DNA of 64,000 nucleotides, from NCBI RefSeq assembly GCF_963921235.1, contig NC_086097.1, positions 68,696,001 to 68,760,000 on the forward strand, given 5' to 3'. This DNA is from Mobula hypostoma. Lineage: Eukaryota. The notes below the pieces were generated by a model that did no database searches, was not told the DNA's origin, and worked only from the letters and a program-made list of their open reading frames with translations. Position 1 is the stretch's first letter, and each line of letters starts with the position of its first letter. Positions 1-12,123 of the stretch are shown piece by piece. The translations under genes were made by a program, and so were the position numbers.

Positions 1-510
1 TGCAGAAGAACTTAGATAGATGAGGAGAATGAGAAAGAAGGTGGCTAATGAAATACAATGCTGGAAAGTGCATGCTCATGCACTTTGGTAGAAGAAACAA
101 ATACGCAGATTATTTTCTAAACGGGGAGAAAATCCAAAAATCTGAGATGCAAAGGGACACGGGAGTCCTTGCACAAAATACCCTAAAGGTTAATTTATAG
201 GTTGAGTCAGTAGGTAAGGAAGGCAAATGCAATGTTAGCATTCGTTTCACGAGGTCTAGAGTACAAGAGCAGGGATGTGATGCTGAGGCTTTATAAGGCA
301 CTGTTGAGGCCTCACCTCGAGTACTGTGAACAGTTTTGGGTTCCTTATTTAAGAAAATAAAATGTGCTGGCATTGGAGAGGGTTCAGAAGAGGTTCACAA
401 GGATGATTCCAAGAATGAAATTGTTATCATATGAGGAACATTTGATGGCTCTGGGCCTGTACTCACTGGAACTTAGAAGGATGAGGGGGGATCGCATTGA
501 AACCTTTTTT
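1..510 (+). mobile_element. Decayed CR1-clade LINE, 3' ORF2 fragment
   Basis: Degenerate RT C-terminal motifs (L..ALLRPHLEYCEQFW, LERVQKRFTRMIP) with frameshifts; cut off by the next element. Confidence 0.85.
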
Positions 511-519
511 TGTAGCAGG

Positions 520-3122
520 ATCCTCTTTTGAGCAGTATGGGTGGAAGTCAGGAACAAGAAGGGAGCAGTTACTCTACTGGGGGTATTCTATAGGCCCCCT
601 GGTAACAGCAGAGATACAGAGGAGCAGATTGGGAGGCAGATTTTGGAAAGGTGCAAAAATAACAGGGTTGTTATCATGGGTGACTTTAACTTCCCTAATA
701 TTGATTGGCACCTGTTTAGTTCCCAGGGTTTAGATGGGGCAGAGTTTGTTAAGTGTGTCCAGGACAGATTCCTGTCACGGTATGTGGACAGGCCGACTAG
801 GGGGAATGCCATACTAGATCTAATACTAGGTAATGAACCAGGTCAGGCCACAGATCTCTCAGTGGGTGAGCATCTGGGGAACAGTGACCACCGCTCCCTG
901 GCCTTGAGCATTATCATGGAAAAGGATAGAATCAGAGAGGACAGGAAAATTTTTTAATTGGGGAAGGGCAAATTATGAGGCTATAAGGCTAGAACTTGTG
1001 GGTGTGAACTGGGATGATGTTTTTGCAGGGAAATGTACTATGGACATGTGGTCGATGTTTAAAGATCTCTTGCGGGATGTTAGGGATAAATTTGTCCCAG
1101 TGAGGAAGATAAAGAATGGTAGGGTGAAGGAACCATGGGTGACAAGTGAGGTGGAAAATCTAGTCAGGTGGAAGAAGGCAGCATACATGAGGTTTAGGAA
1201 GCAGGGATCAGATGTGTCTATTGAGGAATATAGGGAAGCAAGAAAGGAGCTTAAGAAGGAGCTGAGAAGAGCAAGAAGGGGGCATGAGAAGGCCTTGGCG
1301 AGTAGGGTAAAGGAAAACCCCAAGGCATTCTTCAATTATCTGAAGAAAAAAAGGATGACAGGAGTGAAGGTAGGACCGATTAGAGATAAAGGTGGGAAGA
1401 TGTGCCTGGAGGCAGTGGAAATGAGTGAGGTCCTCAATGAATACTTCTCTTCAGTATTCACCAATGAGAGGGAACTTGATGATAGTGAGGACAATATGAG
1501 TGAGGTTAATGTTCTGGAGCATGTTGATATTAAGGGAGAGGAGGTGTTGGAGTTGTTAAAATACATTAGGACGGATAAGTCCCCGGGGCCTGACGGAATA
1601 TTCCCCAGGCTGCTCCACGAGGCGAGGGAAGAGATTGCTGAGCCTCTGGCTAGGATCTTTATGTCCTCGTTGTCCATGGGAATGGGACCAGAGGATTGGA
1701 GGGAGGCGAATGTTGTCCCCTTGTTCAAAAAAGGTAGTAGGGATAGTACGGGTAATTATAGACCAGTGAGCCTTACGTCTGTGGTGGGAAAGCTGTTGGA
1801 AAAGATTCTTAGAGATAGGATCTATAGGCATTTAGAGAATCATGGTCTGATCAGGGACAGTCAGCATGGCTTTGTGAAGGGCAGATCGTGTCTATCAAGC
1901 CTGATAGAGTTCTTTGAGGAGGTGACCAGGCATATAGATGAGGGTAGTGCAGTGAATGTGATCTATATGGATTTTAGTAAGGCATTTAACAAAGTTCCAC
2001 ATGGTAGGCTTATTCAGAAAGTCAGAAGTCGTGGGATCCAGGGAAGTTTGGCCAGGTGGATTCAGAATTGGCTTGCCTGCAGAAGGCAGAGGGTCATGGT
2101 GGAGGGAGTACATTCAGATTGGAGGATTGTGACTAGTGGTGTCCCACAAGGATCTGTTCTGGGACCTCTACTTTTCGTGATTTTTATTAACGACCTGGAT
2201 GTGGGGGTAGAAGGGTGGGTTGGCAAGTTTGCAGATGACACAAAGGTTGGTGGGTGTTGTAGATAGTGTAGAGGATTGTCAAAGATTGCAGAGAGACATT
2301 GACAGGATGCAGAAGTGGGCTGACAAGTGGCAGATGGAGTTCAACCCGAAGAAGTGTGAGGTGGTACACTTTGGAAGGACAAACTCCAAGGCAGAGTACA
2401 AAGTAAGTGGCAGGATACTTGGTAGTGTGGAAGAGCAGAGGGATCTGAAGGTACCTGTCCACAGATCCCTGAAAGTTGCCTCACAGGTGGATAGGGTAGT
2501 TAAGAAAGCTTATGGGGTGTTAGCTTTCATAAGTCGAGGGATAGAGTTTAAGAGTCGCAATGTAATGATGCAGCTCTATAAAACTCTGGTTAGGCCACAC
2601 TTGGAGTACTATGTCCAGTTCTGGTCGCCTCACTATAGGAAGGATGTGGAAGCATTGGAAAGGGTACAGAGGAGATTTACCAGGATGCTGCCTGGTTTAG
2701 AGAGTATGCATTATGATCAGAGATTAAGGGAGCTAGGGCTTTAATCTTTGGAGAGGATGATGATGAGAGGAGATATGATAGAGGTGTACAAGATAATTAC
2801 AGGAATAGATAGAGTGGATAGCCAGTGCCTCTTTCCCAGGGCACCACTGCTCAATACAAGAGGACATAGTTTTAAGGTAAGGGGTGCGAATTTCAAGGGG
2901 GATATTAGAGGAAGGTTTTTTACTCAGAGAGTGGTTGGTGCATGGAATGCACTGCCTGAGTCAGTGGTGGAGGCAGATACACTAGTGAAGTTTAAGAGAC
3001 TACTAGACAGGTATATGGAGGAATTTAAGGTGGGGGGTTATATGGGAGGCAGGGTTTGATGGTCGGTACAACAATGTGGGCCGAAGGCCCTGTACTGTGC
3101 TGTACTATTCTATGTTCTATGT
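520..3122 (+). mobile_element. Relatively young 5'-truncated CR1 LINE (APE endonuclease C-terminus + RT), ORF2 broken into 4 pieces
   Basis: ORFs 541-957 (GVFYRPP, MGDFNFP, SDH), 998-2266 ([37 protein letters not shown]), 2220-2744 and 2748-3059; 3' tail TATTCTATGTTCTATGT. Confidence 0.96.
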
Positions 3123-3384
3123 ACATGCCGACTCTCTTCAATCATCAATTCCTTTAACTTCTAATTCCATTAACTGCACCATCCTTGATTTCAAACTGGT
3201 GGTGCAATTACTAGAATTTATCAAAGACAGTGGACTCCCCTACTCTGGAGAAAAGAGTATTGCCTCTCATAATTTTAATGGTTCATCAGTTTCACGTTCC
3301 ATTGCTCAAAACACTGAGTTTTCTTATCTGACTCTTACAAAAAAATGTGACTAGTGACATCTGAAATTTCCTTACCTATTATAT

Positions 3385-3640
3385 TTAATACACCAATTCA
3401 ATAGACTACAGTCAGTGTTCATATGGGCTCCTCTACAATGAGGAAGTCAAAAGCAGACTGAGTGAATACTTCGTAGAACACTTCCACACTGACTACAAAA
3501 CTGACCCTGTCACTTTATTTCTCCATAAACTCCCACTGCAACATTTGTATATTAGTTCTGCTACACTGCTTCAACAAAGCCTGATGAGAATTTCAGGAAC
3601 AGTATTTAATCTAGCATGTTTAGCATAGCTTTAAGGACTT
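3385..3640 (+). mobile_element. Highly decayed Penelope-like element, GIY-YIG endonuclease remnant
   Basis: Translates SQCSYGLLYNEEVKSRLSEYFVEHF, matching the PLE pattern C..CGLLYIGET.R.L..RF.EH. Confidence 0.55.
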
Positions 3641-3689
3641 GGTGATTTCAAGAAACTGTCTATTTCAATCTTTCATCTCGCATGTCCAC

Positions 3690-5220
3690 CATTCGGGTTA
3701 GATTAGTTTATATATACCAAGGTGCAATGAAATTCCTTGCTCTCATGGTTTATAGATTAAATAGTATGTGTGGCAATAATGAATAAAACAATAAATACAA
3801 CAACATGCACAAAATGTTGGAATATTGCAAAAATTGCCAACTGAAGTAGTGCAAAAAAAACTAAGATGACAATAGCAGATTAACCAACAGGTAGAGTTTA
3901 AGAGTATAATCATGTGGCAGTACTGCCAAGAAGAGTGTGTGAAAGAGGTAATTGGTGCAGAAGTCTGACAGCAGTGGGGAAAAAGCTGTTCTTAAGTTTG
4001 GGCATCCAAGCTTTCAAGCTTCTGTATCTTCTCTCAAAAGGTGGAAGAGCATAAAAAATAACTAGGGTGACAAACATCCTTGATAATACTACAAGCCTTC
4101 CTAATTACAAGTGACAAGCTTGTAATTTTAAGGGCTATATTTACTATTCCCTACAGCTTTGGTCTGTCAAGAGCAGAGCAGTTACCACACCATGCTGATG
4201 TAAACCCATCAGAACACTTTCTATTGTTCATCTGTAAAAGTTTGAGAGGATTCTCTTGAACATTCTGAATCTTTACAGACACCCCATATGCTGATGTGCT
4301 TTCTGATCACCGCATCAGTGCAAAGAAACAAGGTGAAGTTCCTGGTGATATGGATGCTAAGGAACTTAAAGCCATCGAATATCTCTACAGCATCTCCACT
4401 AATGAAGCCAGGATTTGTGTTCACCACCACCCCCTGCCCATTGCCAACCCCATTTTCTGAGGCCACCAACCAAATTGCTGTTGTTAAGGTTTATAATTTC
4501 CTTCCTATGCTCCATCTCATTGTTGTTGATTCAGCCAATAAAAGTGTCATATAATCAGCGAACTTTAAAATCAAGTTTGCACTGTAGCTGGTCACACAGT
4601 CATGCATATATAGGAATTAGAGCAGGAGACTGAGCACCAGTATTGAGGGTCAGGGCTAATGAAACATTATGACCAATTCTAACCAAGTGAGGCTTGCTCG
4701 TCAGGAAGTCTTGAAGCCAATTGCAGGTGAGATCTCAAGAGCAAAGTCGAGGAATTTAGAAATCAGTTTATTGGGTACTATAGTAGTGAAATCTGAGCTG
4801 TATTCAACAAATAGCATCCTGATTTAGACATTTTTATTGTTTAGGCAACCCAGGATGGAATATAACATAAGGGAGATGCCATCTTCCAAAGAGCTATACA
4901 CAAACAAGGAGTCGTCGAGATTGTCTCGAAGACAGGTGTTGATGTGGGCCATTGCCAATCTTTCAAAACATTTCATTATGGACAATGGTAAAGCTACTAG
5001 TTGGCAGTAATTGAGATAAGACACTTTACTTTTCTTGCAGACTGGAATGATGGAAATTTTCCTTAAGTAGGTAGGGACAGTAGACTGTTGAGGTAAAAAG
5101 ATGAAAGGCTGACAGTGAGAGTGAAAATAGCTGCCGTTTGATTGGTACACTATTTCAGAATCCCTCCAGGAACTCCATCTGAGCTGGCCGTTTTCTGAGA
5201 GTTTATTCTCATGAAAGCAA
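3690..5220 (-). mobile_element. Decayed Rex1/Babar-like LINE
   Basis: ORF 4824-5237 (IIPVCKKSKVSYLNYCQLVALPLSIMKCFERL) and 4221-4469 (AVEIFDGFKFLSIHIT) are Rex-type RT motifs. Confidence 0.8.
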
Positions 5221-5654
5221 ATATATATCTTGTGCAACTTAAGATGTATGGGACAAATGCTTCTTTGAAAATTTACTTCATTTCTAAATTTTCCCTGTTC
5301 TATTGAACAACCAGAAAAATTGAAATCTGAAATATCTATCTCTCTCCACAGATACTGCCTGGCTTACTAAGTATTCTAACAAATTCTATTTTAAAATTTT
5401 GTAAGGTTTTTAAAGCAGTTAAGTAATATGTTACATTACAAACAGAAAAAACTGGAAATGTTGGCACTGCTCTATTAGATCAATGGAACTACACGTTTTT
5501 TAATCCTAAAATCAACACAATGGACCACAGCACTTCTTTCTGTGCTTTTGAGAGGTGGAACTCATGGGCACTGCATAATATGGGGTGGCTAACATTTAAG
5601 CTAACTACATTTTACTGTGTTAAGGCAAGTTACAAGAAACACTATTTCATTAGA

Positions 5655-6530
5655 CTCAGAATATGAATCAGATTTATTAACAGTATAATACAAAATTGTA
5701 TTGCTGCCACAATACTGTGCAAATACATAACAAATATGATAAATTACAAAATAAATAAATAGTGCAGGGAAAGAGAATATTGAGGTAGTGTTTATGAATC
5801 ATTCAGAAATCTGATGGTGAATGGCGAAGAGACATTTCTCAATCACTATGGATCTTCAAGGTCTTGTACTTCCTGTGTGATGGGAACAATGAGAAGAGTG
5901 TCCTACTGAACATGCTTTATCATTTGTACAGTTTGATTGAGGCACTTCAGGACAGAACTGGATCTGCAGCTGTGGCCTGCAGCCATCAACACATCCCAAA
6001 CAGAATGACTCAGTGGCTCTGGCCACAGCCATCAGCTTCTGAACTGGCTTCATTTGCCTCAGCAGCTAATGACTGTGGAATCACTTTTGGGGCCTCTGAC
6101 GTTTGATGTTTAATGTCTTGTGTGTTATCTGTTTGCTTTTTTGTAGCTTGTGCGATTTGTTATTTTTCGCAGGTTTGATGGCCTTGTTTTGTGAGTTTTT
6201 CTTTAAACAGGTTCTATGGTTTGTAGCTGCCTGCAAGAAAATTAATCTCACGGTTGTATACTGAATATATACTTTGATAGTAAGTGTACTTTGAACTTAC
6301 AGTGAGGGTACTTACAAACGGATGCCATCTTGTTGACGTACCACCTATTGAAGAAGTCCTTGATAGCAAGGAGGTTTGTGCCCATAATGGAGCTGGCTAA
6401 ATCTAAAGTCCTTTGCAGTTTCTTGCAAACTTGTGCATTGGAGGCTACATACCAATCTATAATGCAACCGGCGAGAATGTTCTCAACTGTACTTCTATAG
6501 AAATTGGCAAGAGTCTGAATGAAACCAAAT
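5655..6530 (-). mobile_element. Rex-like LINE 3' fragment, interrupted by a + strand insertion (about 5900-6297)
   Basis: GAATCAGATTTATT tail in reverse at the left end; the LINE sequence resumes after 6297. Confidence 0.6.
5900..6297 (+). mobile_element. Non-autonomous retroelement with a Rex-like 3' tail
   Basis: Ends GCCTGCAAGAAAATTAATCTCACGGTTGTATA...ACTTTGATAGTAAGTGTACTTTGAAC, the same tail as the Rex-like LINEs ending at 31385 and 46230. Confidence 0.55.
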
Positions 6531-7277
6531 TACATTTTTAAGCATGGTATTCTGGGATTTTTAAGCAATGTTTTGTAATACATTTTTGATTGCATATTTC
6601 TATGTAGATGACATTGCATTTTTCTTTATGTACATAATATGTTCCTTTACATTATCTCCTAGGTCCCTTAGATATATGAAGATCTCATGCAGCCCTTAGC
6701 AAATTGCTGGGGGGGGGGTGGGGGGAGAAGAATTTGTGGTTTGTGGGTGGCAAGTATAAAATGACAGTTTGCCATAAGATAAAAGGACTGAGGACCACCA
6801 GAAGGAAAGTTGTAAAATTGTACAGAATTGGAAGGGCAGTGAATTCTAAGATATTATGTGGAAAATGGGGGGATTGCATATGGTATGAATAAATCCAGTC
6901 ACAATCCAGGACTAACAGTTGTCTCAGGATCTAAAAGAAACAGATCAAAAAAACCAGAAAGTAAGTACACAAGCATCAAACGGAGTTGAAAAAGGCCCAC
7001 ATAGGGGAGCATGAATACCCAGGAAAAAAAACAGGTGACCACAGAATGTATAAATACTCACAGAATAATTCTGTACAGAAACAAGCCCTTCTACTCATCA
7101 TGCCAATACTCGCCATCAAACACTATGTGAATGTAAAGGTGACTGAATTAAAAGGCTCTGTGAGGCCGAACAGCTCAATTCGTCATTACTGAAAAGGCAG
7201 TAGTATTGTTGTCAGGCAGATTTTGAAAAATTTTGAGAAGGTATAAGGTTTTCCAAAAAAAAGGGAAGTAATTTTAG

Positions 7278-8625
7278 TCATAGCACAGCACAGAAACAGA
7301 CTATTCTCCCTATCTAATCTATGCCGAGCCATTTAAACTGCCTTCTTCCATTTACCTTAACTGGGACCACAGCGCTCCATACTCCTACTATCCATGTAAC
7401 TATCCAAACTTCATTCAAGTGTTGAAATCGAGCTTACATGCACCACTCCAATGCAGCTCCTTCCGCACTCTCAAGATCCTGAGTGACGAAGTTTCCCATC
7501 ATGTTCCCCTTAAACTTTTCACCTTTCACCCTTAACCCATGACCTCCAGTTGTAGTCCTACCCAACCTCAGTGGAAAAAGCCTGCTTGCATTTATCTTAT
7601 CTATACCCCTCATAATGTTGTATACCTTTATCAAATCTCCTCCCAATCATCTACATTCCAAGGAATAAATTCCTATCCTATTCAATCTTTCCATGTAACT
7701 CAGGTCCTCCAGACCTGGCAACATCCTTGTAATTTTTCTCTGTACTCTTTCAACCTTATTTACATCTTTCCTGGAGGTAGGTGACCAAAACTGCACACAC
7801 TACTCCAAATTAAGCCTCACCAATCTCTTATGCAGCTTCAATAACATCCCATCTCCTGAACTCATACTTTGATTTATAAAGGCAAATGTGCCAAAAAAAC
7901 TTTATCATCCTATCAAACTGTGACGCCACTTTCAATGAATTACGGACCTGCATTCCCAGATCCCTTTGTTCTACTGCAGTCCTCAGTGCCCTACTGATTT
8001 GGTCCTACCAAAGTGCAACACCTCGCACACATCTGCATTAAATTCCATCTGCAATTTTCCAGCTGGCCGATATCCCACTGCAAGCCATGATAGTCTTCCT
8101 CACTGTCCACTTAAATGTTGGTGGCATCCGCAAATTTGCTGATCCAGTTAACCACATTACCATCCAAATCTTTGATACAGACGACAAACAACAACAACAC
8201 TGATCCCGACAGCACTCCATTAATCACAGGCATCCAGTCAGGGAGGCAATCATCTACTACCACTCTCTGGCTTCTCTCACAAAGCCAATATCTAATCCAA
8301 TTTACTACTTTATCTTGAATACCGAGGGACTGAATCTTCTTGACCAACCTCCATGCGGAACCTTGTTAAATTCCTTGCTAATGTCCATGTAGACAACATC
8401 CATTGCATTGCTTTCATCACCTTTCGGGTAACCTCCTCAAAAAATTCTACAAGTTTGGTTAGACACAACCTACCACACACGAAGTCATGCCCACTGTCCT
8501 TAATCAGTCCATGTCCATCCAAATACTCGTATATCCGGTCCCTTGGAATACCATCAATAACTTCCACTACAGATGTCAGGCTCACTGACCTATAATTTCC
8601 TGGTTAATTTTTAGAGCCTTTCCAA
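7278..8625 (-). mobile_element. CR1 LINE 3' portion
   Basis: Minus-strand ORFs MGGDLIKVYNIMRG, WISKFADAT, LVEFFEEVT; CR1 3' end near 7280. Confidence 0.9.
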
Positions 8626-10381
8626 ACAGTTTTCATAGAATCTATCCTTCATGAGTTTCACAACATTTGTACAACTAGACTGGAAGTGGCTGAACAAACT
8701 TCTACCATATTTGGTAATAACAACAGTTTAACAGCGGGAACAGCCAGTTCACAGCTTATCAGAAAAGGAGATTTTTAATGTATACAAGAACGAGTAAGGG
8801 CAGCAGATAACTCCAGATTGTTGGACCAGGCCTAACTATGACAGGAGAAACAGGAGAAATCTGAAACAGTTAACTGAATCTTAGAATATGAGTCAGGCAG
8901 CAGCATGAGAATATTTTGCACTTGTAGAAAGGTCCAGTTTTACCACTATGCAAGAGAATGGTATAATGAGAAAAATCTAACTTGAAAAAAAAGTTTGAAA
9001 GACCAAAGAAATTTAACAGTGACAGAGAAGTGTGTTGTGCAAGAAGAGAGTAGAAAAAGCACAAGAACAGAAATCAGCCATTCAGTCCTTCAAACCAATT
9101 CCACCTTTCAGTTCGAGCACAAATATTTGGTGTATCTTCGTTTATTGGCTTTTTTTAATCCTTTCATATATTTAAAGAATATAAATTACCAATTTCAATG
9201 TCTCAGCCTCACCAGAGTCCAGTAACTTTTGGGTGAAAAGATATTCATTCTTGAATAATCTAGTGCTAATTTCAAAGTTATATAACATTCTTTGGCACCC
9301 TTCATCCAGGCCCTGGACAAACAAGTAGTCTGCAATAGTCTTGAAGTTCTTCAATTATAAGCCTGTAATCTTCTATATTTGATGGCAAATAAAACCTTCC
9401 CATGCAACCTTTTCTCAGAACCATTGTGGCCCAGCATATTCCTGGTGAATCTACAATCACTCCTCCAAGGCTATGTACTCTTTCCATGATGCACAGTCTA
9501 CAACTGAACATAAGACAAATGTCATCTCAATTTGACGAAAGAGCTATAAAAATATTCCAGCTTTTCTCAACTTGCAAATAACAGTGTTTACAGCTCAAGT
9601 TGTTTAACTGCAAATTCAATTAGGCATCTGAGATGACAATGAAAAACAAACTTTCTCTTTAACTTTTAAAGATCAAGAAAATGAGAAAGGCGGAGAAGAA
9701 CAGAGTAAATGCACCAAATCAAGTATAGAAAGATAAATACTGAGAGAGAAAAGCAATTTAATTGAGAAAGATCATTAAGGGAGGAAACGAAAAAATGTAA
9801 AGATCTCATGCGCTGAAAATCTACAATTTAGCATTGAGACTGCAGTTTCAATCTATTCTTTTCCAGGCTGTAAAGATTAACAGTTATTGAAAGTACATAA
9901 TATCGCCAATGTAAATCCATGCATTTTTTATCTTAATCTTCTGTAATAAGTTTAATTAGTTATCAATTTTTAAAAAAGATTCAAAGGGAAATAGATAGTG
10001 TTAACACTTCCATAAGACCAACGAAGATATGGCACAAATTCTTCAACAAGTTTTGATGATTTGAAAATCATAGGGCTTTTATTCCATGTTACAAATACCA
10101 GCTCAATGCTATTTTTCAGCCAGTTTATTCTAACTTAATATCTACTTATAAGAGATGAATTAATGTTACTAACAATTAATCCAAACTGCAATAAATTTCA
10201 TTACTTGTCAAAAATAGCCCATATCCAGCCCTTCTATTATAATTACTACCAGAGTTGGCTATACAGTGAGTTAAATTAGTTCCTGTTTACCAATATAAAT
10301 CAAGATTCATTTACATAAAAAAGACACTGTCAACTTAATTCCCAAACGCTAATTGCCCAAATGTTTCAGATGCTAATACTA

Positions 10382-10850
10382 CGAAGGGTGATTGATAAGT
10401 TCATAGCCTAAGGTAGGAGGAGTCAATTTTAGAAAACCTAGCACATTTATTTATCAACGTAGTCCCCTCCTACATTTGCACACTTAGTCCAGTGGTCGTG
10501 GAGCATACGGATCTTGGATCTCCAGAAAGTGCCCACAGCAGAGGTGATTGATAAGTTTGTGGCCTAAGGTAGAAGGAGATGAGTTATACAGCTCTCGTTA
10601 CATGCACACGCAGTTCAACTCTTTGAGTGATTAGTTTGAAGTTAATAACTCATCTCCTTCTACCTTAGGCCACAAACTTATCAATCACCCCTGCTGTGGG
10701 CACTTTCTGGAGGTCCAAGATCCGTATGCTCCACGACCACTGGACTAAGTGTGTAAATGTAGGAGGGGACTATGTTGAAAAATAAATGTGCTAGGTTTTC
10801 TAAAATTGACTCCTTCTACCTTAGGCCACAAACTTATCAATCACCCCTCA
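10382..10850. mobile_element. Mariner-derived fold-back MITE, copy 1
   Basis: TA on both sides; TIR CGA(A/G)GGGTGATTGATAAGTT; about 205-bp inverted arms encoding the mariner C-terminus WTKCVNVGGDYVEK*; second internal TIR pair. Confidence 0.9.
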
Positions 10851-11251
10851 TATACATTTCAAAACTTATGAAAGAGTTGAAAACAAAGTATCTGTTCCTG
10901 TGAAAATGGAAAGCTCTATAATCTATCTCCCATAGGATTTCAGGAGGACAGGAAGATGGCAATAATACATGCAGGAGAAAAGATTGCAGCACAAGGGTAT
11001 CTCAGTAAGAAAGAAAGGAAAAACTATGAAATGTTCAGCATGTAAAAACAAAATAATGAGGGTATCAGCAAGCACTGCAAAACCAATAAAATAAACTAAT
11101 GTCATTTTTGTTCTGTTGCATATTGTTTAGTAATTTCCTATGCATATTATTACCTCACAATGATTGTGGAATACTTGGAGAAACAAAGCAAATCACAATC
11201 ATATTTTCCATAGATAACTAGAAAATTATTTAACAAATGTCCAACTCTGAC

Positions 11252-12123
11252 TAGGCTGAGCATCCTTATATGAAATGTTTGGGGCCGGAAGTATATCGGA
11301 TTTCAGATTTCTTTGGATTTTGGAATATTTGCATCTATATACCATACCTTGGGAAGGGAACTCAAGTCCAAACACAAAATCCATTTACATTACATACGCA
11401 GCTTATACATATACTCTGAAGGTAGTAATATAATATTTTGATAATTTTGTGCAAGAACCAGTAATGTGTACATTGAACCATCAGAAAGCTATCACTACTC
11501 GACCACCCAGGTGGACAGTCAGTGGCTATTTGGCATCGCCATCATTTCCAACTCCGAATTTATGTGTGACCTTTGTCTTACACTTGTTCATCACATAAGT
11601 TCTGATGCAGCTGTTAAGCACGTTAGACTTTCAACAGCGATGATCTTGGCAAACTTGTCATAAATTTCTCTGTTGCTTTATAATCAGAAAATACTTTATC
11701 ACCACAAACCTTAAAAATTTAATGCCACGCCTTTTCTTAAATTTCTGCAACCACCCTGAATATTCATAATTACCTTCAATTTTCAGTTTGTCATGATAGA
11801 TCTTTGCTTGTTTCATGACCAGCATAGCATTAGTGGCATGTGTTCACTCCGATACTAATGAATCCACTCCTTCAATACATAATCAAGTTCTTGATATTTC
11901 ACTTTACGCACCATCTTTCTATATCTCATTAAATTCTGTTCATTACATATGTGAGGTCACTTCTCAGAATTGCCTGTGGTGCGCAGAGAAGTGCACATCA
12001 TCTGGGAACCTTCCCAGCATCTTCTGCAATTTTCTATTTGTGACATCATGTCAACATTCAAAAATGTTTTGGATTTCGGAAGTTTTCAGACTTTGGAATT
12101 TCAGTTAAGGGATGCTCAACCTG
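11252..12123 (-). mobile_element. Tigger4/Zombi-like pogo DNA transposon, internally deleted
   Basis: TIRs (T)AGGCTGAGCATCC...GGATGCTCAACCTG-TA; subterminal GGATTT repeats; minus strand about 11910-11625 gives a frameshifted CENP-B-type HTH (ELDYVLKEWI..RSEHMPL..MLVMKQAKIYHDKLKIEGNYEYSGWLQKFKKRRGIKFL). Confidence 0.85.

Noticed and set aside
520-3122. Active or domesticated reverse transcriptase
   Set aside because: 5'-truncated, with two frameshifts and an in-frame stop at 2742-2744.
6708-6726. G-run as a functional G-quadruplex
   Set aside because: An isolated homopolymer with no supporting context.
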